NCBI GenBank assembly: GCA_040954595.2
Contig: CM082582.2
Coordinates: 7,194,063 to 7,258,062, forward strand
DNA: 64,000 nt
Direction: 5' to 3'
From: Balanoglossus misakiensis
Lineage: Eukaryota; Animalia; Hemichordata
Under the pieces are notes generated by a model that was not told the DNA's origin, did not search any database, and saw only the letters and a program-made list of their open reading frames with translations. Made by a program: the position numbers and the translations under genes. This document shows, in pieces, positions 36,965 through 50,200 of the stretch (the first letter of the stretch is position 1; each line of letters starts with the position of its first letter).

Positions 36965-39900
36965 TTATTTAGTCGGTGGGTCGTGGACATAGTAACGGCA
37001 TTGGTTGCTCTCCTCTCCGTATACGTCACGTGGTACGGGCTTGTCGTTGGGCATTTCAGTCTTCATTTCATCTCGAACCTGAAAGGAGAAATGGAAATGA
37101 CAAGTTGGCTGAAATTCGTACCTCATCTGTTTTAAGGGAAATGCTGGTACGAACATACATCTTTTAATATTTTTGCTACCGTCTCAGGTGTGCAATGAAA
37201 TGAAACTGACGATTGAGTTTCATCCGTTATTACGAGTGACAGTACTTGTTTCATTCGATCCTGTCACTAAACCACCCGTGGGTCAACCGCTCAGTACATC
37301 CTTTATACCGGTCACCGTCCGCCTTCGGGTGGAAGTAGTAACGGTTACCCCTTGCATGGTCGCCGAGAATTTGGTCCGATATTTACAGGGACGGGAACTG
37401 ACAGTATATGAGACTCGGGTGAGGAGTGAACTCATTCCAAGAACTACACCTGCGCTAGAAGCTGGAGAGGATCAAATTTGCAATAAGAACTTTCCGACTT
37501 GCCTCTTCTGCTCCTTTGAACGCCCTTATCAAGTTCAGGCCGAGCAGTTTTTTGATGTCGTCATCCGACCACGTTCCGCGTCCGATCAACTCGGCTATCA
37601 GAGCAGGATAGGTTGACACGTCTTCTAAACCTATCGGTAAACTGTAAAAACGAACATGCATGGTTCCCCTTGTTAGGTTACGCTTAAACAACTGTCAGAC
37701 TCTTGCAAGAAGACGATAAATCAACAGGTTGATAGACCTGGACAGTTTAACAATTTTACATCTCCATACTTTAAAATACGAGACCACATACATACGTGGC
37801 CGTACGTGAGTGGCAATCGATTGACTCGCGTTGCAGACACAACAAGACAGAAGCTTCTGTCTTCAAGATGTGCGGTTACTCACGTGGTCACTCCGTCGTA
37901 GTCTGAGCCAATAGCGACACAGTCAACACCACAAACGTCGCGAATGTGATCGATGTGATCTGGAAAGTAGATAAAGTCACGTGAAACAAGTCATGGTAAT
38001 ATCTCTTGCCGTGTTGGTACATGCTCGGCTGTGCTGCAATGTGCTTTGAAATGTTTAAGTCGTGAATTTTAGAAATGCCACGAGTACGTTTTACTGTCTT
38101 ACCTGCAACGACCTTGAGGTCACAGACCGTTTCATTTGAAGGATAGCAACAGATGTACGCATCATAGAAATTGACCATCACCACACCACCATTTTCCTTC
38201 TGTAATGTCAGAATGTCGCAGCATATTCAAATTTATTACACAGATCAAATATTCTTTATGATTACAATTTATTAACAAAACAAAACAAATTAAGCAAAAC
38301 TACACAAAAGTCGGCCCAAGAAAAAAATATTTTGTACTATAAATCATACAAAAAGAAATTTGCCATTCTCACCGTTAATTGTAAGACATCGTCAGGAACA
38401 TTTCTGTAGTGGTTGCACAGCTCAAACGCCGATGAGTGGCTGTATATGACAGGCGCTCTGCTCAACGCCAGCGAATCTTTCATCGTATCCCTGGAGACGT
38501 GTGAAAGGTCAATGAGCATGCCCAGGCGGTTCATCTCCGTGATCACTCCCTGTCATAAATTAAATACCAGTAGTTTAGTTACAAGCAAAGGTATACATAG
38601 CTTGGCGAGTGCCGCAACATTGAATAACTTTAGTTTGAAACCAAAATCGTGAAAAGTGGTGTAAGCTTCTGAGTTAATTGCTTGGATTTGGTTGGCAAGG
38701 ACAGATGCATCTTAGACTTCAGCTTACCTCACCCCACTCAGACAAACCACCGAATTCCGGGTTGGGATTCTCATCTTCTTTCCAATTGTCCGCCCTGGCA
38801 AGATGACGCAAGAAAACACACTTCGTCAAATCTCATCGCGTATATCACAGTGTTAAACTTTAATGCAGGCGGACTGAACAAATCTAAAACTCATTCTTAG
38901 CACATAGCATTTGACCACGCCTGTACGGGTACACGCCTAACTCCAGCAGCGATACAAATTTAAGGGAGCAGGGAACTAGACTATGAAAGGTCTTGAAAAT
39001 TAACTCACCACGGCGTGTTACAACTGTGCGTCACCGTCAGGTACCGAACGCCCAGCTCGTAAAGCATGCGCAGTACACCGAGATTGCTGTCAAATCCGTG
39101 ACCCCCTTCCATCCCAATCAGACTGCCGATCTTACCATCGTTGAAAGCGTCCCATATCCCTATTTACAATAAAAAGTTGGAGGTTTATCATCTGCAAAAC
39201 TGGCTGAAATGCCCATTTTTGATATACATTTATCTGCACTTATATTTTCGCTGTTCTCAATTGTACTTCCATAACGCTGGAATCAAAGAGGATTTGTAAA
39301 TAGTATAAAGCAATATACGGAAACACATTTTCATATTTTATTTAACATAACTCCCTTTAAATGTCCCCAAAGTATGCAAATGAATGCACCGAATCCGACG
39401 GGAACTATAACGACTCGGCTGAATCCACTAATTCCATTTCCTAACGATTCTGAACGGCTCACCTTCCCGACTTACCTTGGGCAGTTGTGACAAATTGGAA
39501 CGTGTCCGGGTACTGGTCGACATATCTCTTGATGACGTCAATCTGTTGTATAGTGTGGCTGAGGGCATCCTTATACTGTGAATCGCAGCTCATGTAGGCA
39601 GCCCAAAACTACCGAAATGAAGGGGTATAAAGCATGCAGTTAAGGACAAGGGCTCATGTCTTTGCGGCATATCTTGCAGTACCGTAGCGGGGAGATGATC
39701 GCCTTCTATCGGGGGGAAATTTGCAACCTTTCGTATGCGAATCGATAGACTCCTAATGAGAAAGTATTTCATGATGTTTGCAGGCATGGAGGGTTTGTTT
39801 GGGAAATGGCGTACAATATATTGCCCTAAATCGGTATTTGTTTTATAACCTTGCACAAGGTAATAAAAGATCATTATTTTATAACCCATCCATCATTCCT

Positions 39901-42900
39901 CAATTCATATTGGCCTATTTTACGACCGACGGGAAGTTCCGTCACCCTTTACATTGCCTTATAGGGCGATGTCGTAAAATACTTAGGCGAAGGTACAACT
40001 TGAAAGCGCTTTGATCAAAGAGTTGTTGCAAAGTTATGTGGCATAAAGGCCAAACTGTGTACCGGCATAGCAGGATGAGGACTCTTATCAGTTGGACAGG
40101 TTGTTTATACGAGGTGGGCGAGACATGAATTGCTTGATACCAGGTAAATGTAGGTTAACACCCAGCAAAGCAAACATGCAATCAACGGTTCCAAAAGAAA
40201 ATACGGACGAAAAGGCATGTGGGAGAAAAGATGACTGCGGTGTCAAGTACAAACCAACTCGACAAATAAATGTACCGGTTGTGGATATAATCCATGCGAC
40301 ACGTTGTAATTTATATTACAATGTCGAGCAATAAAACATGCAAGTGTCTCCAAGTACCACTGTCACGACGCTTTCCGGATATACATGTACTTAATTCAGG
40401 TGCCTCCGCTGTCAAAACGCAGTATCTCGTCTGAACTAAAGTTAGACTGTGAGCGAATGAATTTGAACTCAAAGTGAGGCCAATTTTGAAACACCTTTGA
40501 TGTGATTGGTCAACTTTCCTCATTGGCCTCGCTTTGAGTTCACGCAAGGGCGCTAGATAGAGTAATATGAAAAGTCTGGCGTTCTGTAAATACCCGGATG
40601 TCGTACCTGAGCACCCAGCAGTCCTTGTCGAAGTCTTGGTATGTCTGTGTGTCCGTAATTTCCAAACTTGTCGCTTGTGTCCTGTCTCAGATCAATCTGC
40701 TGCAGTTGGTTGTTGAAGTGGAACTTCAGTTGCCATGGCAAATCGTTGTGTCTGTTATAAGAGTGAAATGACAAAAAATGAGATATGTCCATACTGTATG
40801 TATGATGAATCGTTAAAATTGTATCTCGTGCACGTATCATACATGATTTTCTACAATATTCAAGTCGGCGCGTGCGTCACCAGGAAATATCTCGCCAGAT
40901 GCGGTACGCGATGTGTAAAATTGTTCACTTTTCAACTGTACGAGAAACACCGAACATTCGATGTACACACCACGCCCTGGACAATAAAAACAAAATCATT
41001 TGTCATGCATGCATGTATTATTAAATTCTTTAATTTAATGAAAATTATTTGTGAACGGGGAAGAGAGTGCAGGTGTTTTCGTTACTTAGTGTGACATTTT
41101 CATAAGTTTCGAGCAAGATTATATGATGCAACTTTTGCGTTACCGGAAACTGTTTTTTCATGGTATATCCAAATATGTACATAAGATTGACCGATGTGGG
41201 GTACTGCACCTCCATAAGTTTATCATCTAAACGATTAACAACTGGCAAAAAAATTAGAGTGACGGCTTTCACAATAGTGTCCAATAATAGCCGTTATTAT
41301 CTGGTACCTGCCAACCGCTTGTCACCTGTACGTACACATTCAGGCGGACACAAAATGACTTTCAGATCGCTATCTTTACAGGTTGTTTGAGGTTGTCCAC
41401 TTGACAAATATGAGTAAAGAGGGTCTATCAGAAGTTGACCTCTGTGCCGAAATTAACGCGTCGTAAAATGCAACGGCGTCGTCGCTCAAAATAAAATCGT
41501 GATAGTTTGAAAAGAAGGGGGATGATTTTTCCCTTATACTGGCCGGTGGCCTTGTTAAATACGGGGCAGAAAGTCGAAGGACGAGATGTGTAGACGGTCG
41601 GGTAGCAGATCTTATCTTTTTCGTCTCCAATTCCCCGTATGATGTAAAAGCCATAAAATTGATTGTAAAATTGATTATACCATAGGTTTCAGCGGTGGCC
41701 GCGTAGTCAGCAGCAGCCAACTTAATCGAGTACCTTCGACATACACGCCTTTTGCGGTAATTGTGCGTATGAGAATACCGGGTACTAATAGCAACTCTTT
41801 TCCTTGCAAAAAGTGAGAGAACTAGTAGTTTACATGTGCAAAAACCTACAAAATAAACAAAACAACAACGATGCCTTCCAGTGTTGTTTTGGTGTTTTGT
41901 CGTGTACAAAATGCGAAATCAGAAACGCAATCAGAGGGGTCACCTTCCTGGCAAATATGAGAGTAATGTAAACTAACCCGAACATTCTTTCACGCTAGGT
42001 TGACTGCTAATATTTTAAAAGCAAAAGAGCAAATCCAATAGGCAGTTATGTAAACCCCGTTAACGGTAACACACAAATCGGGTAATTATTTCCACAGAAA
42101 CATGAGAGAGTGGTTTAACTTTGAAGAAAATTACATCACGAACAATTGCGAAAGAAAGGGTCAATATTGACTGTTTAGGAAAATGCCCCAGCACATAACA
42201 ATCCTGGGATCAACTGCGCAACTCTCCCTTGTATCACGGTGCTATACACGGTACAGAGCGTTATCGAGGTGTAAAGAAAGTTAAATGGCTCTGCACTTGT
42301 TTTATTTTGCGCCGAAACTCCTATCAACGTGGGAGAGCAATGTTGTTTATAGTTTGGGGTACTTCAAATATAAAGTATAGCAACGGTGCCAACAAAACCA
42401 CTTAAATAAACGGCTAAACAATCGCAGAACAGCATTCTTTTCTATCCGAACCAAATAATCGGCCGAACTAATAGTTTTTTTCTTTTCTACCGCATTGTGA
42501 TTTTAAACTAGATTACTTTTTATCCCTGTTGTTCTTAACCTTATGGGAACAATTTCGGGACAGAGATTTGAACGTCGGCAGCAACTGTGCTTCCGACAAG
42601 CTCCAAGTTTTACGCCAACAGCCAAAACAAGATATCTTGATATTTTCGCTGAATATAGTAGCTGCTATGGGATGTGTTTGGTAGACGGTATTTTGTTGGC
42701 TTTTTTCAAAACTTCTCAATTTACAATGTAATTATGACTCGACAGAAAATGTTCGCCCAGGGCTCAGGCGTTCAAGTGGTTTTGTGCGTGAGCCCTGGGA
42801 AATATCAGCCACTTGCACTCGACTCCTTGGGGGTGAACGATTTATAATCGGTGAAAAATTTGCCTACCGCGACTGTGGCATATTTTGAAGACAAAGCTTG

Positions 42901-43182
42901 TAAAAAGCACGCAATTTCTGGTGGTGAATACGATATATGCGCTTACCCATCAACAAGTGGCACATCTTTCATGAGCTGCTTTGCTTTCTCCAGCGGATCG
43001 GACTCTCTGCGAGACATGGCGACGGGGACGGAGATGGCCACTGCCGCCACCGCGCCCACCACGACCACCAGACCGACGAGCACGACGTAGCGGGAGCGGA
43101 ACACCGACGATCGCTTCGGAACGAGGTTCTCCACACTGGAAGTCCCGACGCTGTCCTGCATATCGTACGATTTCGATTTCAT
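36965..43182 (-). CDS. DPEP1: Membrane dipeptidase (peptidase M19, DPEP1-like), ~444 aa, 10 exons: 42947-43182, 40607-40751, 39476-39608, 39009-39159, 38728-38794, 38373-38549, 38103-38199, 37884-37959, 37503-37641, 36965-37078
   Basis: Diagnostic motifs [79 protein letters not shown] and LEDVSTYP. Splice junctions are phase-consistent (the last intron is GC-AG). There is a hydrophobic N-terminal anchor. Orthology to a specific vertebrate DPEP paralog is not established. Confidence 0.94.
42756..42799. repeat. 11-bp perfect inverted repeat CCCAGGGCTCA/TGAGCCCTGGG in dipeptidase intron 1
   Basis: Arms 42756-42766 and 42789-42799, directly visible. Confidence 0.75.
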
Positions 43183-43315
43183 TTTCCCGGCTTCTTCTCC
43201 CGCGGTGGGTTTCGGCGCGCACTGACAAGAAGGGGTGACGCAGGTCGGTCGGCAATGTACGGATGCCTGTCGGGATATCGTGTGTAACGCCCAGGTGCGC
43301 TTGTGCTACAGAAGA

Positions 43316-43348
43316 TGACGTCACAAGACAAGTCATTTTATAGCCAAT
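43316..43348 (-). promoter_or_regulatory. Dipeptidase core promoter candidate (TATAAA at 43337-43342; CRE TGACGTCA at 43316-43323)
   Basis: TATAAA on the minus strand ~155 nt upstream of the ATG at 43182, with a perfect CRE palindrome nearby. Confidence 0.45.
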
Positions 43349-44884
43349 GTTTACACCCCTGATAAAAATTAGTCCGACCTGTCCGGTCGACTGTTACCAC
43401 TTCCTCAGCAAATTGAATTGGAGTTGATATCTGACACTTTTCTTCTGAACATTTCCCAAACTTAGTAATTTAACAGAGAGAGAGAGGGAGGGGAAACCAC
43501 TTACAAATTATCGCGTATTTAACTTTGAGGTCGAAAGGCAACTAAAAGAATTCAAGTGGAAATTCTTTGTCGACTTCATCGTTCTCTTTCATAGACTTTC
43601 ATTGGCCAGGTACATCAATAACAACGAAGTAGATTTCTGCGCGAACCAATCGTGAATAGCATCGGGTAGGTGACGGCCTTCAGCCATGGCGATTTTATCA
43701 GTGATTTATTGTATTTGTTTTACATGAGAGCGAGATTGCTGATACGTAAAACGATTATCGACTTTTCATAACTGTTTATCAGGTCGTACTTCAATCAAGG
43801 CATTGGAAAGACGCATGCGCAAAAAAGATGTGTGGTTTTGTCGATGCGATAGAGGACTGCATCAACCGGGTGACAGAGATTTTCTTTTTTTAAATATGCT
43901 GTGTGCGAATTCTTTAATGGATCATGCGGTTCAATCATTCAGAAAGTTGGAAGGATATACCTTAAAATCTCCGATATTTTACTATTCTGTGGCTGGATGT
44001 AAGTCAAATGTTTACATGACCCCCTCCTGACCCGCAGATTGTGACAGAAAAATTGTTTAACTTTGGTGCAAAGGTGTGTGGTGCAAGCGGATAGATAATA
44101 TAGGGAATCAAAACTATCGCAGGCACTGTCATTCTGAAAGAACAAGCGTCTGCAGTAGCTCTCCTGACTTTTGTATAAAACGTAACCACTGTGCTTCTCT
44201 TCCCACAAATGCTTTAAAGGTGAAATTATTCGCCTTATACTCATAGATGATAGAGAAAAACATGTCTGGACGCAATATATTCCTAAAATGTCCACACACA
44301 AAAACAAAGGTATTTGTATTTTGTACGTTGATGGCACTCCTGTGCAGCAAGCCTGTGCTGTGGTTGTGGTCGACGTCAGGCATGTGCAAGAGTACATACG
44401 TCAAACCATGGACAGCAGAGCGAGATTGATCAACTCAGCTGTAAGATCAGGAGGACTGAATAGTTATATATCAAGACACTTTAATAGCTAGGGCTATAAA
44501 TCATGAACAATAAGTATAAATATGCAACACTTGTAAAAGATGTAATGATGACAGATAGCTATGGATCGTTTCAAGGGTCTTTTCAGAAGTCAAAACCACG
44601 GAACTACATCAATCATAATTACGCGGCGCTGCTTGTCAACTGTGTCCCCTATTGATCGTCGGTTTTGTTTCATAACAGCCGGTTGACCACTTCTCGAATC
44701 CGTGGCAGCACAGTCAAGCCACAGACTCGTATTCTTTTTCTTTCGTTCAACGGGTAAATGTATACATGTACACTAAGTCGCCTACTGTCAGATTTTCACG
44801 TCATTTGACATTTAGTCCTACTCAAGGTCTTGTGCACAATTTGACATTACCTGGCGTCGACGACCTTGAGGACCTCCCCCCGTG

Positions 44885-45800
44885 TTAGCCATGAAACTTT
44901 CGTGACATCTCAAAGAAGTTCAGATGACTGAAAACGTGGAGCGTTGCTCATAGTAACTTGTAAAATAGCCTGCATCTTGAATTGAAAGTCGTAGCACGCA
45001 ACAGTCTGAATGACTGATCTGTGTGGTGAGGCAGGCTTTGAGCAATACCTTCAACTTTGAATACTTTCACCTTGGCTGAAATCCTTCCCAGGCCGATGTT
45101 GTTGACTCGAAACGCAACTCTGGGGTGATTAGCGGCTCTGCAAAGCGATTTGCCATGATTGATTGCGTCAGAAATATTGTGTGAGAAATTTTGTGTGCGA
45201 TGGTCGTAAACTGCGCGCGTACACACCGTAAACAACCTTGAAGGGTCACTTGTCCTCAATTGACCCATATCCTTCCGCGGCCCTGGGAGCAAGCTGGCCC
45301 GGCGGGGACGTCTATTTTTATCCCAAACGTGGGCCACAGTTCCTTGAGAACATCGAAAATAAAGGATTACGAAGAGAAAGAGGCGGAAACGCTTTTGACT
45401 CGTTGATAATCTTCTGGTGGAGCGATTTTTTTCCGTGACGAGTAGCAAGTTCGAACCCTGTCAACTGCTTCGCCATCATGTGAAACCCGGAAAGACTATT
45501 CAAACGAAACTTTTTCAAAGCGGATTGTACTTCCAGGATCCGATAGACAGCCCAGAAAGCGACTGCAAATTTGTCTTGAGAAAAGCTTTTCTTCATAAAT
45601 TCCTTACTGAATTTTACTCTGCTTTTAACTGCCCACTGTGACCCCAACCAACATTCCACCACCTGTGTACCTGCATATAACCACGTCTTCCCCCCTGTGT
45701 CTTCGCCAGTTTAGTCTCCTGATGAGTGAGTCCAGTGACTCACGAAACAACGTTGTAGAGATTATACCGCCTTTCGTTTCTCCAACTACCCTTACTTAGC
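44885..45800. mobile_element. Probable degenerate Penelope-like retroelement remnant (pLTR-like segment with hammerhead plus decayed ORF)
   Basis: Hammerhead preceded by a TATA-like CATATAA (~45674-45680). An adjacent minus-strand frame with stops (..KISHTIFLTQSIMAN..FQPR*KY..) loosely recalls the N-terminal region of PLE ORFs. No RT or GIY-YIG motif is visible and boundaries are approximate. Confidence 0.4.
45712..45764 (+). ncRNA. Type I hammerhead ribozyme (Penelope-like element / retrozyme type)
   Basis: Stem I UAGUCUC(45712-18)/GAGAUUA(45758-64); core CUGAUGA (45719-25); stem II GUGAGUC-cagu-GACUCAC (45726-43); GAAA (45744-47); palindromic stem III ACAACGUUGU (45747-56); cleavage triplet GUA (45755-57). 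All conserved core nucleotides are present. Confidence 0.9.
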
Positions 45801-47287
45801 GTGTGTATTTTAATGTGAATGTTAATGATGCGAGAAGACGGAAAGCCATGATTTGCAAATTCTGTAAAATATATTTATTGATAATAGAAAGATCTCGTTA
45901 TATTAGAGAGTCATAAATATGGTACAGTCATGTGATTATCATGTGATCTGTCAAATTTCAAGAAACATGATCGTTTTAGCACCAATTAAAAATGGCAAAC
46001 CGCAGCATAATTGGGTTTTTAAACTTTTAAATCGTACTAATTCTACAATAAATTCATATATCTTTGTCAGAAATACGCCCTCGATCAATCACCGAGGTGG
46101 AAGTGTCGGCGAGTTTCGAAAATAACATACAAGTGGGTCATTAAGGTACTTTTTAAAAATAAATACAACGTGAGGGTGATGATGGCGGTGATATATATAC
46201 ACAGTAGATGCTGTACAAAGTCGTAGCCTATGAAGTGTGTTGTATACTCTGTCGTCGAGCGGGCGCTGCGTTCTATATTGAGTTATCTGACTCCATACTT
46301 CGTTCAGGTGATCCATTTATCATCCATGGTACCACCGTATCAAGATCGGTTCTGCTGAATTCAAGTGCAGGGTCCAAGGACACAATGAATGTAGAAGGCC
46401 GTCCTAAAAAAACAGCCCCCCTTTTCACGTGTTTGGGTCGTGTGCAATACTTCCTACTTTTAACATCAAACAGTAATGCTGTCGTTTCGCGTACTATATA
46501 TATTATATTCTCTTTCACAAGGTATCGCGCTTAAAGCGCCCGTCGTAGAGATTTTTCTCTCGCATAAAACAGTCACAATTTACACGGTCATTGTCTAGAA
46601 TTGTAGGCTACAGCACTTTGGCGCCCTCTAGCGCCAATGCCGGAGCCCTGAGCTACATGATAGCGAAAACTCCCAGTGCATAGCACTGGTTGTCACGAGT
46701 CATTTCTGTCAGTTCGAAAGAAAAAAAATAAAGATTTGTATTTTGAAATAAAGCAGACATGTGAAATGAGCATATCCACGTCAATGTACGGATATCCGTA
46801 CTAGAAAGTGTCTCTCTTTCTGTCTTCAAGCTATCATGTGAGGTACAATGTATAATACAGGGTATTTTAACAGCTTACACCCTGGGACAGCTGCAAATCT
46901 TAGTAAAATACTGACATACACAAAAATAAGCCTGTGTCTATAAAGTTCACCAGTTTGAATGTGGTAAAGAAAACTTCGTCACAATATAATATCTCAGCGT
47001 TCGTTTTTAGATTGGTTAAGAACTGTGTTATCACAACGTCTAGAATAACCGGTTCGCTTTGAATGATAAACTCGTGGCTTCCTCTGTTCTCCTTTCCGGC
47101 AGGGTGGGGTTGGGGGGACCCGTCAGACTCCGTCGTCGCAGGGTGTCCGTCGAGAGTGACGTACACATCACGTGACCACTCAAAACGACCCTGACTGGAT
47201 GTGTGCCTCCACCGCAAAAGTCTCAGGGCGCCATGCGCGTGCGTGCGTGCGTGCGCTTGGCCGCCGTCTCCCAGTCGAACTTTCCCC

Positions 47288-50200
47288 TCACTTGCGATCG
47301 ATGAAAGTGAACTGTGCCGGCACATCCGGGGCGTTCAGGAGTCGGAACAGCTGCGACATCGGCTTGTGGTGCCATTCGATGCGAAATTCCTTGATGAGCT
47401 GTGGGAGGAACAGGACAAAGCTTAAGGTAACATTACCCCCATGTAGAAAATTTACAACGTCCCCAGTTTAGGTGACAATTTCCCAAAGAAAATACTGTAA
47501 CGTAGGGAACACCTGGGTAATTATCAGGACATGATGGTGGCAAAACTGAAATCAAGGTAGCCAACATCCGCGTCTATCGCATATACAGTAAGTTTTGATG
47601 GCCTTTCGTGAATATTTTGCTACTGAAATGTTTAGGCGGTATTCGGGACCGTAGGGTGTCAATGTCAACCTACTGTTTTCAAGAACAGGAACATTTGAAG
47701 TTTTCAGCGCAACCGCAGAGGTGTGCGTAAATTTGTGATAACCAACTGCTAAATTTGAACAGGACTTCACTTTTGGTGTCCAAAATTTCTCACTGTGGCT
47801 CTGATTACATATTGTGCTTTCATGGTCACTTTCCGGGGGGGGGGGGGAGTGAATGATCGCTTACCTTGGCCAGAAGCACCTGGAGTTCTTGCTCGGCGAA
47901 TCGCCTGCCGACGCACATGCGCGAGCCACCGCCGAAGGGGAGCAACAGGTGGGGGTTGATCTTGCAGTCTTTCCTCAGCCACCTCTCCGGTCTGTAGATG
48001 TGGTGATCCGGGAAGTACTCCTCCATGCAGCCGGCGAGGCAGTGAGTGCGCACCACGGTCTGTAAAGAAGAAGGGAACTTCTTGGTGAGACCACGGCAGT
48101 GAGATCACGGTTTAAAACACCAGCGCTCAGACCCAATAGTGCAGGATTTCATTTGTCGCTCTCGGTTGAAACTTTGCACCACGGCGAAAATTGAAGCTCG
48201 TTATTACTTACGTCAGCCGGAATGTGGTAGCCGGACAAAACCATGTCTTTCTCGGGAATTCTCGTCGTTCCGTCAATTGTTGGCATCATTCTGGAAATGG
48301 ATTATCGGGAAAGTTATGGATAAATATTGCGTATTGATAAAATATTTTTTTCAGACGATCATCCCGACAATTAAGTGGGGGGGGGGGTGTGGTATATGAC
48401 ATACTGAGTAATTTTATGACGAATTTAAAATTTATCTTGGCTCTCGCTTCCAATTCCTCGCAAACATCACAAGTTCGGTCTGTAATGGAACTTGTCGGAA
48501 TTTTAACCAGCTTTATGACGTTTTTGTGAACTGTGCATGTAAAAGATGACGTCGTTTACCTGTGTGTTTCTTTGATGCAAGCCTTCAGGTACGGCAGCCT
48601 TTGCAGAGTTTGGGCGGTAATTCGCTCTCCGTCGGGAATTGCACTGCGTACTTCTTCGAAAACTTTTTCTTGGACTTCGGGATTGGTGGCGAGCAGGTAG
48701 AGATTGAAGACAATCGTGTGGGATGTCTGTGGAGAGTGAAAAAAATTACATAATGTATTATTATACGGATCTACTGTAGTGTTAACCTATTGCGTTTGCG
48801 TATAGTACATATTCCAATTACGCAGCCGGACGAGTCACCATCGTGGTGAGATGGCCGCGAAAGCGCCCTCTTTGTCAATCACGGTAAACAGTATACATGT
48901 ACTGGTAATCTTGACTCCAGTGCGCATTACGATGAGACTTACCGTGTCGATACCGGCTTGAATCAGGTCGACAGGAATCATGAGCAATTCGTCATATGTA
49001 AGGTTATCCTTGGACAACAGATAAGCTAACAGTGACGGGTGTTCCGATTCCTCTTCTAACTTTCCCTCGTCTGACATCTTCTGGAGGTGTTCCAGTGTTT
49101 TGTTAATATACTTTTCTGCAACCCTGCAGTAAATTAAACGAACATAAAAAATTACTTTGGCGAATTCCACTATTTGACCAATATACAACTGAACGGGGGA
49201 AATCGCAATAAGCAAAATCTTCTGTTTCGTTGTTTCTAGATATACTTTTTTATATTTCCAGTTGAAATCGAGCTCAACATTGTCATAATTGTGTACACCC
49301 AAGTGCGAAAATTGACGTCTATTGTAAATATAATACCATTTTCTACATGTATCGCGTGTCGCGCTTTTGAAACACGCATGCGTGGAATTGAACTCACCTC
49401 AAGAAGGTGTCGTGGCAGTTGGCGAACTTGGCCCACGTCTTGGTGTAGATGCCGAACTTGTAGAAGGGGAAGGAGAAGGTCAGGTCCCGGAGGTTGTGGA
49501 AGAAGCCGAACGTGGCGTCGATCATCTGCTGGGCGTCCGAGTCGGCGTCCATGTTCGTGCCCACGCACCCGAGCCTGGCGTCGAACGCGAGGGTGCACAC
49601 GCCTGAAAACAAATCGGAAGAAAAGTCGTCGATATTAAATGCTTTGCACTCTCACTTGACACCATAAGCATATTCTCGACTTGTCTCCAGCATAGATAAG
49701 GATGAAGGACAGCCTAGGTATCGGGGAGTGATCGCAATGGACGGTAAAGTGAATTCGCACCTTCAAGGGCCCACTTGTAAATTTCGTTCTGATAGTTGTC
49801 GATTTCGCCGTCCTCTTTCCGGTTCATCTTCATCAGCTCGATGAAATCGTCAGCCACGTCCTCGATGCCGGGCATGTAGGATTGGACGTTCTTCGGCCTC
49901 AGCACCACGTGCTGGATGGGTTTTCGGATCTTCGCCCACTCTTCACCTTGCCTACGGACAGAGCAGAGAAATGCCCACGTCCAGTACGTACAACCAATAA
50001 CGTGCTAAGTGTGTCCGAGAGGAGGCTGGTTGTATAGGCGGGATGGCTGAGATCTCGTCTAAACATTACTGCTTTCACAATCGGGCGGAATTTAAAGTGT
50101 AGATGCATCCATATTCCTTCCTTACGTAGACGGCACCGCATTTGTAAGAGTTTGGACCAATAAAACCCCATCGGTCATAAGATTTCACCTATTACCCCCT

